Of a DNA stretch of 64,000 nucleotides, positions 1-12,897 are shown piece by piece (the first letter of the stretch is position 1; each line of letters begins with the position of its first letter). The position numbers were made by a program, and so were the translations under genes. The DNA lies in assembly GCF_030684315.1 (NCBI RefSeq), contig NC_081354.1:28948226-29012225 (forward strand), written 5' to 3'. This stretch comes from Stegostoma tigrinum (taxonomy: Eukaryota). The notes beneath the pieces were generated by a model, which saw only the letters and a list, made by a program, of their open reading frames with translations, did no database searches and was not told the origin of the DNA.

Positions 1-150
1 CGCAAGGAAACTAAAACATGGATGATAAGATTGGAAGGGGTACATGGGGACTTGGTGTAGAAGGCTCTGGACAGAATCGGGAGAAAGGAAAAAGATGCGT
101 CAAAGATTAGAATTGAGAGCTAACCTGGGACAAGTGAGGGGCGAAAATTC

Positions 151-464
151 ATTTGAGTTCGGTTCCACGTTCAAGCGACTGTCTATGTGGCGTTTGCGCA
201 TTCTCCCCATGTCTTCGTGGGTTTCCGCCGGGTGCTCCGGTTTCCCTCCTACAGTCCAAAGATGTGCAGGCTAGGTAGTTTGGCCATGCTAAATTGCCCA
301 TAGTTTTCAGGGATGTGTAGATTAGGTGTGTCAGCCATGGGTAATGTAGGGTTACAGGGAAAGGGTTCGGGGACGGTTCTAGGTGTGATGCTCTTTGGAG
401 GGTCGGTGTGGACATGTTGGGATGAAGGGCCTATTTCCACACTGTAGGTATTCTATCATTCTAT
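151..464 (+). mobile_element. HE1-like V-SINE, 5'-truncated
   Basis: V-domain-like core (gtggcgtttgcgcattctcccc...gtgggtttccgccgggtgctccggtttcc...ccaaagatgtgcagg) and LINE-like tail ending ttctatcattctat; homologous to 7650-7950. Confidence 0.8.
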
Positions 465-1269
465 GGCCCAGAGGAGGAGACATGGCCTCAAAATGCTAAA
501 AATGAAACTTTTAAATTTATCTTTTGAATCACTTCTGGCTTATGAATTGGCTCCTAGAAGTTGGCACTGGCCCCTCATTCAATTCTCAGTTTGAAATTGC
601 AGGTTCAATCCTAATGATATTTTGATCTACACATTTTAAAGTAAGACATACTTCCTTTGTGCTTACATCCTGCTTGCCAGTTTCAAACAGCAGCATATTG
701 AGACATACAACAAAGGTAACAGGATGAGTGAAGGTTACAAAATTATATTGTATAATATTTATATTATATTATAAATGTCCTGTCCTCCAAACTTTTTCCA
801 ACAGGTGGGGGTTAATTAAAAATCAAGACCAAAATGCATCCTTCACAGTCAAAATAGACCTAACTTCAAGTACAGTTGTGAATGGGGAAATGCAATTTTC
901 AATGAAGTACATTTGATGTTAGCATATTTTGCCAGTAAATTATTATCCTAAAATGAACACGGCACATTGACTAGTAATGCTATTTAATAGTGAAATTGGT
1001 CATTCTGAAATTCCTTATAACTTGAGAGCTTTTCGATAAGATTTTGTGAATTGGGGATATTCCAGGTTGTCTGAAGCAAGTTTGAGACATTCTAGGTACT
1101 TTGCAGTATCTTGCCACCTTTACAGGTATGAGGCATTGAGTATGGATTGTTTGAAATAGTTCACTGCCAGCAAATATCCATCTTTGCCTCATTTTGGGCT
1201 TAACTGGTGATTAAAAGGTAGAGGATATACCGCCATCAATTGTCTTTAGACAAAACATTGTTCTTCGAT

Positions 1270-1460
1270 AACAAGCAGTTTCATCAATATCCTTACCTCA
1301 ATCACTAGGTCAGAAATGGGGACGTTTGCTGATGATTGCACAACGTTCATCACCATTCATGACTCCTCAGATAATGAAGCAGTCCACGTTCAAATGCAAC
1401 AAGATCTGGACAATATCCAGGCCTAGGCTGACAAGTAGCAAGTAACATTCACACCACATA
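1270..1460 (+). mobile_element. CR1/L2-group LINE RT fragment
   Basis: ttcatcaat...tttgctgatgattgc (FADD-like) and caagatctggacaatatccaggc. Confidence 0.6.
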
Positions 1461-3029
1461 TTAATCTTCTCATCCTCAACTCTGTCCTTCTTCCATGTGC
1501 AACCAGGCCCAGGTACGATATTCTAGAGGATCTCTGCTCACCAATATGCCCAAACAAAATCTTTGCCTACTTGAACAATTCAGACTAAAGAGTGGTCATT
1601 TTTAATGGTAACTTGTTAGTTTGAAGTAGCAGTGGTAGATCCTGGCTATACTAAAGGTAGCTAACAGTTGTAATAAAGTTTATAATTTAAGATGATCAAA
1701 ATTTGGATTTCAACACAGAGGCAGATGAGTGTTGGTAATGTTTGCGGAGGTTTTTTTTTGTAAGAATGGTAAGGGCCCTTCTGGAACTAAAATGTAAATC
1801 CAGTTGCTGTCGGGATGCAGGCAAGTACAAACTACTGTGGTGTTAAAGGAAAAATATTTATGCTACTGGATTTACAATAGATAGAGTAAACATACAAGGC
1901 TTAGTTTTCAGTTCAAAGTAATCTAGGATAAAGCACGTTTCTCCATTCAGTTCCGAAGACAGCAAGATTGAGTTCAGAATTAAGTTCAGCTCCCCTCTAA
2001 GGTTAGTTCAGGACAACTCTGGGAAACAGTTTACTTCTGCAGAAGGGTTTATTTTGATAAACTTCCAAATCAGGAGAAATGCAGGCTAAAAGAAGTGAAG
2101 ATTAAAATTAAAGAAAATCTGCAATCTCATGCAAATATGTTCAACAAAATAAAACCATATTATCAGATATCTGACTTAGCCAGTAGTATAATCAGTTAGA
2201 ATCACAAAACAACATGTTTATATGAATAGTCAACATAGTATCTATGGAGTCTTACTATCAAATAACGAGCCCACAATATTATTTCATCATTCCTTCTGTG
2301 AAATTCGTACATTTATGCCCAAGAGAAGAATGTAATACCTGCCTTCCTGTTTCCACACAATTAAGTTAATAGGAGGTCATGGATAGCTTTCCCTCCCAGA
2401 CAATAAATGAAGCCCTGCAGTGTGAAGCTAATCCCTCTCAAGATCTTCATCATCCCTCCATGGTGTAAGTCGGATGCCTAACAGGAAGCTCAAAAAGCAA
2501 ACCCTTGATGGATTTGGCTGTAGGTTTCTAGGCATGGGGAGAAGGGTAGAATCTTTCATTCACATTCACTCAGTGATTGCGAAGTGAGACATTGAGAGCT
2601 CCCACCTGCCATGGCATCTAAATTCATTCCTTAATCTCCATTTTGTCCTTGCTTACCTTTGGTGTCAGATCCCTTGCCAAACCTAGGCCTTAGGTGAGTG
2701 CATTACCAGCAGCCACCATTGCTGCCATTGTGATACTGCCCAACAGCTTGATTTCAATTATTGCACTACCTGAGATTACAACAAAAGGACTCTCCTTCTC
2801 AACCTCTCCCCTCACCTGACAAGAAATAATATCTCCAAAAGAAAGTGGAACTATCTATCTTGTCAAGCATGAAGTTAAAATATTAAAATACCTCACCAAA
2901 ATGCAGCTAAGAATTGTTTACATAACATTCTTCCAACCATCAAACATATCCTGCAGCCCCTAACACCACTTCTAGGTATATTAAGCAGTGAAAAATTGGA
3001 TCCTGAAAGTATCCTTTCTTTTTTAAAAA

Positions 3030-3368
3030 CATTACTCATTGATGGGACATGGGTGTTGCTGGCTATGTCAGCACTTTTTGCCAACTGGGAAATGAAGAGT
3101 TAACCACATTTCTGCGCATCTAGAATCACATGTAGGCCCTACCAGATACGGAAGATAGATCTCTTTCCTTAAAAGGAGAGGAACAAACTAAATAGGGTTT
3201 TACAACAATTAAAAGTAGTTATACAGTCTCCATGAGGGTAGCTTCTTATTCTGGATGTTTATTGCACTTGAATTTCACCATTTGCCCTGGTGTGATTCAA
3301 ACCTGTACCCCTGAACATCAGCCAATGTAGATTAGTCATCCAGTGACATTACCACTATGCCAACACTT
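3030..3368 (-). mobile_element. tRNA-headed SINE (non-HE1 family)
   Basis: Minus strand shows A-box TGGCATAGTGG and B-box-like GGTTTGAATC, with core and tail shared with 10888-11076 and 54405-54810. Confidence 0.6.
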
Positions 3369-5579
3369 CCCGTTATTTGTGCAAATGTCGATGCAGTTTT
3401 AGATGCATGCCAGATCAACTAGAAAGCCCATAAATTAAAACAGCATGGAGTCTGCTTCCAGTGGACACAGAGGATCCCCCTTCAAAAATGTGCAAACACA
3501 TACCGGTGACCACAAATTGAACATTGTCCACAGTATCTCCATTAACTTCAAATATGTTAATTTTCAACAGTTACAACCTGCACTACTTGAGATATTAAAG
3601 AAATAATTACTGGATTGTTCATTGAGAAATATTCATTTGAAGGATTATTAAACAATGACAACCACTGAAAAATACTTGAATTAAAATCTCAGTGAACTTG
3701 TCACCATCATTAATTTTATTGTATCATAATACTTTCCCTTCAATCCTAAATCACTCTAGGTCTCATTGGTCCTAGAGCCAGGAGATCATACAAACAACCT
3801 GCTCTCTTGTTTTTCTCAAACAATGTTTGAGCAATTCATGGGAGGGATGACAATGACTCAAGACTAAGGCTTCCTCCTTCACCCCTCGCTCTACAATTCT
3901 TCCAAGAACACAAAAACTTTGTGTAACTTGCAATGTAGCTGCCAGGCCACTTCACACACAGGGGCAAGCATCAATATCATGCATCAGAACAGGATGTATC
4001 TCTTAGGCACATAGTTTAGAACTCACTTTCTGCCACTTGGATATTCATAACATTTCTGCTTAGGCTTCCTTTTTTGGTATATATTACAGCACATTCAGGA
4101 CTCACAGTATCATAGTACCTTTGCCTTTTAATGCAGACACAAAGCTAAGTGGCTCGTCATGTTTGCAAGTAATGATCAGTCAAAAGAGTGGAAATGTTAC
4201 TGTATGGTATTATGGTAACTCTAAGTCACACCTATAGCACGTGCTTACACAGCAAACACACTGCATGTGCTTCAGTCAGACAGCCATGTCAGAGAGCCTC
4301 AGGGATGTAGTCCTGAACTGAATCAGGGGGTTTACCACCAGTCAGGGAATCCTACCACAGTAAGGCAAGGGCATCACTAATATCAGTCAAACCCTTGGGT
4401 TTATGTTGTTTCCAATTTTGAGTGATCAGGAGTGGGGGTTCCACATCATTACAAACCAGGGAGTGAACCACAGTCAGTATGGCAGATTCAGCACAACCAG
4501 TCCAATGAACAGTGGTAAGTCAATTGTGGTGCTACCGAGATTGTCAGTTCAGAGTGTCTGTTCCCTGAAAATCAAGAGGGGTTATCAGGACCACTGCTGT
4601 GGTCAGGCAGTTATGAGAATTAAGTAATCACACTAGAGTCCAGAGAGGATAATAACTGCAAAAAGGAGGGAATGCAGCATAAGGGTTAGAGGTGATAAAG
4701 CACGAGGGGAAAAGGCTACAGTTACCAGTACCCTGGCTTCAGTGGAAGAATAAAATGCATAATTACGTTTGGCATACCTAACCTTATGCAGAGCTAATAG
4801 GATAAATTGGGAAGATAAATACAAGAGTTTGGAGAGGATCAAGAGGATCAGGGTTGATAGGAAAGTCAATGCATCAAGGAACATGAAGGGCTGGGGATTA
4901 CCTAGCTTGACAGATGGAACCTGCAACTCACTGAAGCATTACCCAGGTTGCCTTTCAAATTGAAATCAAAATGGAAAATGTTGCCCTCACATCCAGATGG
5001 ACACAGTAAGTGTTTTCTTTCTTAGAGGGAGCAGGCTTTACTTCCGAGGGCTGAGTCCCTTCAAGGGGCAATAGCATTATACGGACACTCACAATATGCA
5101 TGTTAAAGGTATGATTTGTCTGTGTATGAACCTCAGGCTTTGACCAGCTGTCTAAATGCAAAATCCAGAACACACAAAATATTGACCTTATCATTCAACT
5201 TAAATTAAGCCTTGTAACATCATTGAGATTCAAGAAATGTGTAATATTTCACCTTAATTCCACAATTTACAAACATCTTACAAGTTTTTGTAGCTTAAAC
5301 ACAATTCAGGAGCTGCTCATTTCAAACTTTGGACAATGTAATAACCAAACCACTATCCTATATGCAATATTGCCTTTTTTGAGTTATGGGAGGATTGGGG
5401 GCTGGGGAAAGTACAGTTCAGTTTACAAGTTTTATCTTTTCTGCTTTTCCTGTTGTTTAATTAAAAAGTTAAAGTTATAAACTGATGGAAGCCTTGATGT
5501 TCTGATCTGATGTTCCCTCAATCAGTCAATCATGACAAAAGTGTTGGTGCATCTTTCTTCTTAGCAGATTCACAAAATC

Positions 5580-6310
5580 TTACAGAAGCAGCATTGGTGG
5601 TACTAGTCCAGTACTGTGAGGTGTCTGCTGCAGGCAGTCCACCTCTCAGAGCCATATAGGAGGACAGGAACCACCACAGCTCTAAATCATAGTCTTGGTG
5701 TCAGGTCTGATGATTGTTTCCTTGAACGCCCTTTACTTCAGGCAGGTGAAGGCCATGCTAGAGGCAGTTCTCTCCATCAATAGCTACTTTGGCCAACAGG
5801 GCACGGCCAAAGTGCCGGAAGTTGTCAACATCCTCTAAGGCCTCCCTGTGAGCCTTGATGATTGGGGGTTTGCTCCACAATTGCAGGCCACTGGGGGAGG
5901 ATATCTATCTTGCGGATGTTCGGGGTGAGACCCGTGCTCTCATATGCCTCCATAAAGGTGCTGACAAGCGTCTGGAGTACATCCTCTGACATTGCACATA
6001 TGCTAGCATCATCTCATCATCTGCATACTACAGCTCAACACCAGCATCCTCAACCAGGCTAAAATCCACAGTATCGAGGCACTGACCAGCCTTCATCGAC
6101 TATAGGGGACAGGGCATGTCATCCACACGCTGATACAAGACTCCCCCATGCAGGTACTCCTCTCCCAGCTTTCAAACGGCAGCAAGCCTTAAGCAGACAG
6201 AGGAAACACTTGAGTGATACACTCAAGGCCTCAATGGCGAAGTGCGGCATTCCCACAGACACCTGGGAATCACTGGCCCAAGACCAAAAAATGATAGATA
6301 TCATTCAGAC
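5580..6310. mobile_element. RTE-clade LINE fragments (minus part ~5580-6100, plus part ~6100-6310)
   Basis: Degenerate RT/C-terminal text, e.g. cagaggaaacacttgagtgatacactcaaggcctca...tgcggcattcccacagacacctgggaatcactggcc. Confidence 0.5.
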
Positions 6311-6479
6311 AGGGTATTATGTCAGGTGGCAATAAGGATGGCAAACCCCTCAGCCTTCATTCATGTAACAGTAGATAAACTGACAGTGGAACCTATGAGG
6401 AAAAGTAAACACCCATTTAAAATTGTGATGATGTGGTTAATGAATTATCACCCATGCTATCCGTGCTCAGAATGTTTAG

Positions 6480-7520
6480 ACTTATAGACATGTACTGCAA
6501 AGAAACAGACCCTTTGGTCCAATTCACCCATGCAAACCAGATATCCTCTCAAAATTTAGTCTTATTTGGCAAATATCCCTTGTAAATCCTTTCTATTCAT
6601 ATACCCATCCAGATGCCTTTTAAATGTTGTAATTGTACCGACCTCCACCAGTTCCTCTGATGGCTCATTTCATTCAAATACCACCCTCTGTGTGAAAATG
6701 TTGCCCCTTAGATCCCTTTTAAATCTTTCCCCTCTCACCTTAAAACCTATGCCCTCTAGTTTTGGACTCCCCACACAGGGAAAGCTCCTATTTATTTACT
6801 GTGCCCATGCCCCTCATGACTTTATAGACTTCTATAAAGATTACCTCTCAGCCTCCGACACTCCAGGGAAAATAAACCCCGTCTATTCAGCCTCTCCCTA
6901 TAGCTCAAATCCTCCAGCCCTGGCAATATCCTTGTAAATCTTCGCTGAACCTTCTCAAGCTTCATAACATCCATCCTAAAGCAGGGAGATTAGAATTGAA
7001 TGCAGTATTCCAAAACCAATGTCCTACCAGTGGCAACATGAGCTCCCAAATCCTATGCTCAGTGCCCTGACCAAAAAAGGAAAACATATCAACTGCCTTC
7101 TTCACTATCCTATCGACCTGCAACTTCACTTTTAAGAAACCATGAACCCGCATTCCACAGTCTCTTTGTTCAGCAATAGTTCCCAAGATAATACCATTAC
7201 ATGTATAACTCCTGCCTTGAAATGCCTTTCCAAAATGCAGCACCTCACATTTATCTAAACTAAATTCCATCTGCGACTCCTCAGCTGAACGGCCTTTCTG
7301 ATCAAGGTCCCGTTGTACACTGAGGTAACCTTTTTCATTGTCTGCTCTTCCTCCAATTTTGGTGTCACCTGCAAACTTACTAACCATACCTCCTATGTTC
7401 ACATCCAAGTCACCAATTCTATGGCATTCGGCTGGTCCCAAGCTCTCAGCCTGAAAAGAAACCTTCCACCGTCATCCTCTTTCTTCTGCCTTGGAGCCAG
7501 CTCCGTATCCAAATGGCTTG
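6480..7520 (-). mobile_element. CR1/HER1 LINE 3' fragment
   Basis: ORF 6962-7441 has SKFAGDTKIGG (FADDTK), QRDLD and FSLDKCEVLHFG; typical 3' UTR near 6480. Confidence 0.85.
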
Positions 7521-7649
7521 TTCTCCCTGTATTCCATGTGAAATAACCAGTTTTCTTTTTCTTTTCTTCCCTAAAACTATGCATAGTCTCAGGGTCTGCA
7601 GATGAGTGGTGGGAACCTGCCCTAGAGTGGAGGGTGAAGCCTCAGTGGG

Positions 7650-7950
7650 AGCAGCACAGTGGCTCAGTGGTTGGCACTGCTGCCTCACAGCACCAGGGCC
7701 TGGGTTCGATTCCACTCTCAATTGACTGTGTGGAGATTACACATTCGCCCCACGTCTGCTTGGGTCTCCTCTGGGTGCTCCCATGTCCAAAGATGTGCAG
7801 GTTAGGCAGATTGGCCACACTAAATTGCCCATAGTGTTCAGGGATGTGTAATTAGGTGGGTTATAGGGGGATGGGTCTGGGTGGGATGCTGAGAGACTTG
7901 GTGTGGACTTGTTGGGCAGAAGGGCCAGTCTCCACACCGTGGGGAGTATA
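7650..7950 (+). mobile_element. HE1-like V-SINE, near full length
   Basis: Pol III A-box TGGCTCAGTGG (7660-7670), B-box GGTTCGATTCC (7703-7713), V-domain core, LINE-derived tail. Confidence 0.85.
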
Positions 7951-7964
7951 GATCTAAGTTTTTT

Positions 7965-8240
7965 TCAGATGGGCCCCTTAGCCCTGCCATGTTGCTATTG
8001 GTGCTGAGCACCAATCAATACAGTGATAGAGTGCAGGTCTGCGTAAATCTGATACATAGATTTTAATGCCGGTCCTGGGCCTCTATAGAAGGCATTTACC
8101 TGTGCATGGAGAGAGACCGTTGCAAGCATGCCACAGCCAGTATGGTACAAGGCGCATTGGTGGACTCCTCCAACCTTTGATCCAGTTTCTGAGTGACTTT
8201 GACAAACCTGCCTGGTATTTCATGGGTGTTTCCTCTAAGC
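7965..8240 (-). mobile_element. RTE-like LINE endonuclease-region fragment
   Basis: Degenerate text resembling non-LTR endonuclease 5' region; recognised by pattern only. Confidence 0.35.
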
Positions 8241-8824
8241 TTATACACTAAAAGTAGAATTTCTAACTGACCTAACAGGACAATAGTCCATCCTGCTAAA
8301 TACTAAATACATTAGGCTTCCAAAAATAGCCCAACAAACACTTTTAAAAGAAATCACCATGGCTAAAGAAATACTTAATTAACAACTTCTGACATAGAAA
8401 GCTCATGTGACCAACTCAAAATTCAAAATCCAAAATGAAAATGAATCATATGAAAACTATATATAAATCAAGACAGCTTATATTACACACTCTTCAAGGG
8501 CAAGACTGCGGATACTGTTGCTGTAGCAGCATGACAAAATGAGTTGGACATGTTAAAAAACACTAGTGGCAATGGGAGGCTACACATCATTGAATGTTAA
8601 TGATTTGGTCGCCAGGAACTGGGAAGTCTTGTCATCAACACATGAGGTGCCTCGTACCAATTTTTATATATGTCAATTTAGAGAGATATTACGAAAATCT
8701 CCTTTAGTTAACATTGTTTGGAAAACTTAAATCTTGTAGAGTTGTGGAAAATTGATTTATTTCAAGTTTTCGGAAATGTCACAATTTTTTTGGAAAAGAG
8801 GTCATCAAGTTCACTAAAATGTAA

Positions 8825-9012
8825 CCAAATGCTGGATATCTGTAACAAAAGCACGAAAGTGCTGGAGCAATTCCTCTGGTTTGGCTGCATCAGTGGAGGC
8901 AGAAACAGAGTTAAATTTTTGAATCCAATATGACTTTGCTTCTAAATACTTCAGTTTCTCTCTCCACAGATGATGCCAGGCCTGAATTTCTCCAGCACAT
9001 TGTTTTTCTTTC
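8825..9012. mobile_element. Old Penelope-terminus-derived inverted pair
   Basis: gtgctggagcaattcctctggtttggctgcatcagtggaggcagaaac is imperfectly complementary to gtttctctctccacagatgatgccaggcctgaatttctccagcac; related termini at 18410, 31357 and 59745. Confidence 0.5.
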
Positions 9013-9065
9013 AACAGAAGTACATAGTAGACCTTGGAGATTTTCTTTTAAAAATGGGAGAGAAT

Positions 9066-9293
9066 CCACCTAGCCTGCACATCCCTGGAGACTACAGACA
9101 ATTTACTATGGCCAGTCCATCCAACCTGCACATTTTCAGATTGTGGGAGGAAACCAGAGCACCTAGCAGAAACCCCCACAGGTACAGGGAGAACATGCAA
9201 ACTCCACACGGATAGTTGCCCAAGCTAGAATCAAGTCCAGGTCCCCTGCTACTGTCAGGCAGCAGTGCTAACCACTGAATCACTGTGCCACCC
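9066..9293 (-). mobile_element. HE1-like V-SINE
   Basis: Reverse complement starts GGTGGCACAGTGATTCAGTGGTTAGCACTGCTGCC and continues into the V-domain. Confidence 0.8.
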
Positions 9294-10179
9294 GAAATGC
9301 TGAATAACGAGCAGATCAAGCAAGGGTGGTGGGAGATAATTCTAAACAGGTCTGAGTCCTGATCAGCAGCAGAATCACAAATATTCTCCTATACAATTTC
9401 TTGATCTTTTCTTGTGCTTTCACCTTAAAGAATTCCCCATCTATTAATCTATTCACCAGATTGAGCATCCGCATACAAAACAGGCAGAGCCTCATGATCT
9501 AATGAATAACAGGGGAATAATTCATTCAGAGATTGGAAAATCCTCCTTCATCTGAGATTAATTTAGCCCAGCTGTTTCTCCCAAGTGGATATCTCATTCC
9601 TGCTGCAAGGCGGCAATTTTCTCATATCACATTCCCAATTGGTTCAACACCTGTGGTTTTACCTTATCCCTCTACAGGCCCCAAAGACAATAATTGTCTG
9701 GGCTTTACATTAAATCTCAATGATGCAATTAATAATTTGTTCTCAAATAATTAGGGTTTTTAGTATCCTAAAATGTGTTAATGTTGATCTTTATCTTTGA
9801 CCAGCTGTGCATTGTAATGTGTGCCACAAATCATTTAATGTTCCCAGTTGTCTTAAATGATTCAAAATAGTGCCATATTTTCATCACTTTTTTTAAAATT
9901 TGAAAAACTGACAATCATAATTGAAGTGGTCACTCCCACTAGACGAAGGATAGAAAATGTTACTGAATTTTTTTCAAGGATGGAGTGTGCTCATTATTCT
10001 TTTGGATTTGCTCATTTTTCTTCTCTCATCCTCCATTGATGTCTGCAAGATCCAATTTCACGTATAATAATTGCACTACCATAACACGAACTGTTCAAGA
10101 AACCATTTTCACGTACAAGACTAAAGCTAAATGTTGCTAAGATTCTTCAGCAATGAAGGCCATCATATCTTGACACCAT

Positions 10180-10437
10180 TATACAGTCACACAACATGGA
10201 AACAGACCCTTTGGTCCAACTCATCTATGCAAATCAGATTCTATTTCTTAACTAGTCCCATTGCCTGCATTTGACCCATATCCCTATAAGCCTTTCCTAT
10301 TTATGTACCTTCCCATATGTCTTTTAAATCTTTAAATGTTGTAATTGTACCCATTTCTACCACTTCTACTGGCAGATATGCATCACCCTCTGCGTGAAAA
10401 GGTTGCCCCTCGGGTCCCTTTTAAATCTTGCCCCTCT
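10180..10437 (-). mobile_element. CR1/HER1 3' end fragment
   Basis: Homologous to 6480-6740. Confidence 0.75.
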
Positions 10438-10577
10438 TGAACAGTGTCCGTATGTCTAACACAAAGGCGCAATTTTCCAGTGAACTGTCAACTCATGGCT
10501 TCATAATGCTGTAGTGTGAAACTTCCTTACTGAGTGGAAAGATTAGTGTTTTCCATCAATCTGCTCTGAATTTCTTT

Positions 10578-11103
10578 CTTCATTCTTTTATGGACTGGAG
10601 GCACTGACAAGTCGGCATTTGTTGCCCATCCCTAAGTGGACTTGAGCTGAGTGGCTTGATGGGCTACTTCAGAGAGCAGCTAAGTGCCAACTAAATTGCT
10701 GTGTGCTTGGACTCAAGTGAATATTAGACAGGGTAAGGACAGCAGATATCATTACCTGAAAAGGAGATTATTGTTAAAACCGACTAAAGGTTCTCAAATC
10801 TATGATGGTATTATGGTAACTATTACTGAGACTAGATTTTAATTCCAGATTTTATTATCCAACGTTACCAGAACTTCAGCGTAGTCCTAAAACCCATCTG
10901 GTTCATTAATGTCCTTTAAGGAAGGAAACTGCCATCCTTACCTGGTCCAGCTACATGTGACTCCAGACCAACAGCAATGTGGTTCACTCTGGTCTGCCCT
11001 CTGGGCAATTAGGGATGGACAAGAAATGCTGCCTAGCCAGTGACGCTCTCATCCTGTTACTAAATTTTAAAAAAAACCAGCCTGGTCACATGACCACTAT
11101 GCC
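10578..11103. mobile_element. Nested opposite-orientation copies of the non-HE1 SINE (minus ~10578-10855 plus head ~11078-11103; plus 10888-11076)
   Basis: Core gtcctttaaggaaggaaactgccatccttacctgg...gtgactccagacc...gcaatgtgg and its reverse complement; A-rich tail at 11069-11076. Confidence 0.6.
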
Positions 11104-12343
11104 TCTGGCTCCCTCATTTAATCTATTGCAAAGTAATATCCAAAGTATGTTTTTGTAATTGTAATAGAAACCAATGACTGAAAGAAGAGCCATTGGATAC
11201 TGCATATTGGCAAATTCCATAATAATAAAACTTTATTAATTTTTGATAAAAGATCATTTATGCTTACGTTTCAGTATTGTTTGACTCTGTGTTATTACCC
11301 ACACTTACCTTTCACATACACATTTCCTTAGCCCAAGAAAATATATTTACAAAACATTTGCAAAATCTGTATTTATATTCATACAGAATCAAAGCATTGC
11401 AGAAGTGCATCTTTTCCATATGTGAAAATCCCTGCAGGGATCTGCGCTGGGTCCTCCACATTTTACAATTTGTATCAATTACTGAGACAAAATGCTCAAA
11501 GACATGGAGAAAAAATTTGCAGATGGCATAACATATTTCCTATCTATGTTGTGAAGATGTGCCTCTCATGTTTCAATAGGGAGTGTAGTAGAAATCAAGC
11601 CTTGATATTCCCAAAGTCACGAAAATTAAAGATTTCAAAGGAAATACACTAACTCCCCAAAGTAACTGATTTTTAGACCCAGCTTGACAAACCACCAACC
11701 AGATTTCTGTATTTAACAAGAAATAATATTCACTCTAGGTTATTCTAGCTACAGGTAAATAATTAAACTAAATTAACTTAATGCTACAAAATAAAACCCT
11801 AAAGCTACAATAAACACCATCGTACACAGATACTCAGGCAAAACACAAAATAACACATGGGTACAGGGAAAACAGGGGGAAAATATAGGTCCATAGTATT
11901 TGATGAGATCTGTTGGGTTGGTTCTTATTGTTGCCCATGATTTGGACATTTGGACAACTTTACGTATTAAAACATTACGAAAGCGCTCTTGAACGTGAGG
12001 CGGAAAAAACAGACACTAATCAGTTTGCGCATCAACTTGATTTTATTAACAAACTATTCCTTATTAAAAACACCATGTGAGCATTTCACAAAATTCCACC
12101 GTATTTACTCTCTATCCAGCTACATTTGCATGAAAAAGAATATTATCCACAATGATCCATGTGTTTGACCCAGGCCTTTGGAATATCCTTCCTCTCCAAT
12201 GGAGGGCTGGCTTTCTTCCACAAAAGTGGATCTCCTCCCGTGTCTGAGATAATGGGAACTGCAGATGCTGGAGAATTCCAAGACAACAAAATGTAAGGCT
12301 GGATGAACACAGCAGGCCAAGCAGCATCTCAGGAGCACAAAAG

Positions 12344-12373
12344 CTGACGTTTCGGGCCTAGACCCTTCATCAG
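12344..12373 (-). ncRNA. Minimal hammerhead ribozyme motif (intact core)
   Basis: Minus strand CUGAUGA-A-GGGU CUAG GCCC-GAAAC-GUC-AG. Confidence 0.8.
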
Positions 12374-12897
12374 AGAGGGGGATGGGGAGAGGGAACTGGG
12401 ATAAATAGGGGGAGGCGGACCGAAGATGGAGAGTAAAGAAGATAGGTGGAGAGAGTATAGGTGGGGAGGTAGGGAGGGGATAGGTCAGTCCAGGGAAGGT
12501 CAAGGTGGTGGGATGAGGTTAGTAGGTAGATAGGGGTGCGGCTTGGGGTGGGAGGAAGGGATGGGTGAGAGGAAGAACCGGTTAGGGAGGCAGAGACAGG
12601 TTGGACTGGTTTTGGGATGCAGTGGGTGGGGGGGAAGAGCTGGGCTGGTTGTGTGGTGCAGTGGGGGGAGGGGACGAACTGGGCTGGTTTAGGGATGCAG
12701 TTGGGGAAGGGGAGATTTTGAAACTGGTGAAGTCCACATTGATACCATTAGGCTGCAGGGTTCCCAGGCGGAATATGAGTTGCTGTTCCTGCAACCTTTG
12801 GGTGGCTTCATTGTGGCACTGCAGGAGGCCCATGATGGACATGTCATCTAAAGAATGGGAGGGGGAGTGGAAATGGTTTGCGATATACTAGTCACGA

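Noticed and set aside
980-1203. Minus-strand 70-aa ORF with an acceptor-like site, possible terminal exon
   Set aside because: Several frames read equally plausibly and there is no recognisable homology or linkage to other exons.
4195-4920. LTR-like stretch, with similar-looking regions at ~1570-2100 and ~49930-50460
   Set aside because: No paired termini, TSD or coding motifs could be verified by eye.
7650-7720. tRNA-like A/B-box sequence
   Set aside because: It is the head of a HE1-like SINE, continuing into the SINE core, not a tRNA gene.
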